This document shows, one piece after another, positions 62,701 through 64,000 of a stretch of 64,000 bases of DNA. The DNA comes from Candidatus Woesearchaeota archaeon. GTDB lineage: Archaea > Nanobdellota > Nanobdellia > Woesearchaeales > GW2011-AR15. The notes under the pieces were generated by a model that worked only from the letters and a program-made list of their open reading frames with translations, did no database searches and was not told the origin of the DNA. A program made the translations under genes and the position numbers. Within the stretch, counting starts at the first letter, position 1. Each line of letters starts with the position of its first letter. The stretch is taken from the NCBI GenBank assembly GCA_016928835.1, contig JAFGJW010000005.1, positions 37,815 through 101,814 of the forward strand. Direction: 5' to 3'.

Positions 62701-64000
62701 CAACAATAAGCTCAGGGGGACCACTTTTTGTACCTACATACAACCTTACACTATCTTTTCCAAGAACAATAGAGATACTACGGGGGCAAAATAAGACATT
62801 GAGAGTGAATGTTACTAATAATAATGATGCAATATTCAATGATTTAAATGTTGGAGTATTAGGTTTCCCTGTTTCCAGGTTTAAAATAACCCCTCTAACA
62901 ATCGAAAAATTAGAGCAGAATGAAACAGCTTATTTTGATATTTTTTTTGATATTCCCACTTATATGGGTTATGAGATATACACTCTTAATCTGATATTTA
63001 ATGCTGTAACTACACGTACCATTAATTCGAGCAGAAGAGAATTTACACAGGAAGAAATTCTTGCTTTGATTGTATCAGAAACTGACCTGAATTCTTCCTT
63101 AGTCTGTTTGGTTGAATCTGAGGCATTGATTGATGAGATGATTGGAAAGAACTTAAATACAGATAGTGTACAGGGGCTCTTATCTGAAGCAAAAGCTGCA
63201 TTTGGCAATCTTGATTATACTAGAGTTAAATTACTATGTGACCAGATTCGCGATATACATAGAAAAGCTCTTGAATTAAATGGTAGGATACTGGCACTTA
63301 GCAAAGAGATTGAGATTGCGGAATCAGATGGTTATGACATAAGTGCAATTATTAGATTACTAAATCTAACAAGTGATATGTTTAATAGAGGAGAATATGA
63401 TGGAGCAGAGCTACAACTAGAGAAGACTGAGGAATCCCTGGTGCTGCAAATACAGATGGAAGATGCAATGCTTACTAGAAAATTTTTTAGGATATTTAAA
63501 AAATATTGGTGGGCCTTTTTGCTCTCCCTAACCGTTGGGTTTGTAATTGCTGTCCAGACTTACAGGAAGAAATCTGAACTCAGAGTCAAGGAGAAAATAA
63601 GTAAATTAGAGAAAGAAGAATCAACAATTAGTGAACTGACGAAAAAATTGCAGCATGAGCATTTTGTGGAGCATGCAGTCTCTAAAAAAGTGTACGAGAT
63701 AAGGATGGAGGACTATAAAAAGAGGCGTGCAGAGATAAAAGATGAGATTATTTCGCTAAAAAATCTACAGATTAAATTATTCAAGATATCAGATTCAGTT
63801 GAGGGACTAGAAAAACAGAGAAACGAACTGACTGATTTAATTAAAAAAATGCAGTATGATTATTTTGTATCACATTCAATTGATAAAAACACATATGCGA
63901 GAACTCGAGAAGTATATAAAAAAAGGATGAGTGAAATTGAAAAGAACTTAGAGACAAAAAAAGGAGGAGTGGAAGGAAAGCCAGAAAATGCAATTTCTGG
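59730..64000 (+). CDS. Large membrane-anchored surface protein (>1420 aa), 3'-truncated by window edge and absent from the ORF track
   Basis: ATG overlaps the giant gene's TGA (ATGA). MRTNHTNHRQEKILYGFSIFLVMLFGLVIVKYVLA signal, Cys-rich N-domain, Ig-like domains, G/P-rich linker near 62630, helical stalk. The same frame gives a TM (WWAFLLSLTVGFVIAV, about 63507-63554) and a repeated cytoplasmic tail. Both ends were translated; the middle was not checked codon by codon. Confidence 0.85.
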   Translation, partial: MRTNHTNHRQEKILYGFSIFLVMLFGLVIVKYVLAPAGSTCATENYVCACDPNCQGTYELMGNSKTFCQSNPINCFNTIDSCADGSDESGWEYVEKMIITNINSTDFTGGNIVEVFGQYYCYPGDIITIAYSNNSNADSTIWRNVYSGQCPSFGYYNVYRNFTLDENGGMHAYRFIIAYPGASEMTCGQAYSSSDTDDIDFYVIPKPDLESPNILNIYPATGQNFEYSVGLEIPVIVNATDFTGVNEIYANITWPGGQNLSKIIFHSANQYNATIKNLANFTRYNITIIANDTLGNLGHNYSHFFITNNYGVNITSPILSNTYPYKNISLRFIINDNNTPYQEVYYSLNSQNNTYLFETFSIVNNISNSPASYLQNNLTNISQSFNTTEAMNVNSIRMRLKKSTSSTYLTSVQIREDNSGEPGTMLISYNLSSDLMSDTDFQWVNITFNDTITLQSNSYYWVYLNSSEDDTDYLLWEANNDTFANGVSYQNNSMDLLFYIYDRFKYSATLNALEGGNTLDVCERDAISIIKCSYTTFKADTIPPVSGIPTETSDPFELGNPYQFITININDVTSSVNSVRINANGTNYTTDYLGSNNYQYRWDIDHLGTYYYWFYFNDSVGNTNQTSAYNFSVDDTRAPDTSDLAYYPTISGQLDPNQTIYVNITVADYSEIMNVTLQYKIQDTSIWINKSMYNSSSTYMQNFTPDTEANWSFRIFVVDEHNNSNTTQTINVSVFYDKTWNSSPSEFSEIFIAQGEIIEAGNITINNTGDTNLDFTVAKYAGTPVVYINETSFIVPSQATKLVNISVQAPAQHPLPYSYTLVINCVTENCEKSLDYVDGLIAVGEGGTYLSFSEVIYDPSVTQGQRKILLNTTIKNIGNETALNTTLNWSLPPGWGTNDNLTTYFGNISPYSTTFQLEYYGIYTDVALDAPTGTQNLTIYLEYYTISNESRLRYITKSIEVAIYDTGQGGEETPGPGDDTPSRGPSGPVSPTISSGGPLFVPTYNLTLSFPRTIEILRGQNKTLRVNVTNNNDAIFNDLNVGVLGFPVSRFKITPLTIEKLEQNETAYFDIFFDIPTYMGYEIYTLNLIFNAVTTRTINSSRREFTQEEILALIVSETDLNSSLVCLVESEALIDEMIGKNLNTDSVQGLLSEAKAAFGNLDYTRVKLLCDQIRDIHRKALELNGRILALSKEIEIAESDGYDISAIIRLLNLTSDMFNRGEYDGAELQLEKTEESLVLQIQMEDAMLTRKFFRIFKKYWWAFLLSLTVGFVIAVQTYRKKSELRVKEKISKLEKEESTISELTKKLQHEHFVEHAVSKKVYEIRMEDYKKRRAEIKDEIISLKNLQIKLFKISDSVEGLEKQRNELTDLIKKMQYDYFVSHSIDKNTYARTREVYKKRMSEIEKNLETKKGGVEGKPENAIS

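Noticed and set aside
43623-63208. Numerous 60-140 aa ORFs inside the two giant genes
   Set aside because: Antisense or off-frame shadows without starts, RBS or motifs.

Overview
Gene-dense, AT-rich archaeal chromosome segment. Dph5, FtsZ2, XPD, an A1-U72 tRNA-Gln with BHB-type introns and TATA-box promoters make it archaeal. Gene content (giant N-glycosylated surface proteins, DUF5752-like repeats, KaiC-like ATPase, half-size transporters) suggests a DPANN lineage such as Woesearchaeota, which is an inference. The left half (1-27.5 kb) is mixed housekeeping and accessory genes: a membrane-anchored zinc protease, a MacB-type ABC/COG1361 cassette, RadC, a two-intron tRNA-Gln, Dph5, FtsZ, XPD, a Tam41-like protein, a PAS histidine kinase with a receiver protein, a radical SAM enzyme, PolX-PHP and a Nudix hydrolase. 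The right half (27.6-64 kb) is mostly a cell-surface locus: two RHH regulators, a 1164-aa anchored surface protein, a ~1320-aa single-pass protein fusing an extracellular domain to a cytoplasmic HerA/VirB4-type ATPase, cytoplasmic partners, a UbiA + flavin reductase + V4R + KaiC block, a 5520-aa unanchored adhesin and a >1420-aa anchored protein running off the end. The most notable observation is that the ATPase's N-terminal extracellular domain aligns by eye with the C-terminal domain of the 5520-aa adhesin. This suggests an ATPase-rooted, pilus-like attachment apparatus. All family assignments come from motif reading, with no database searches run.
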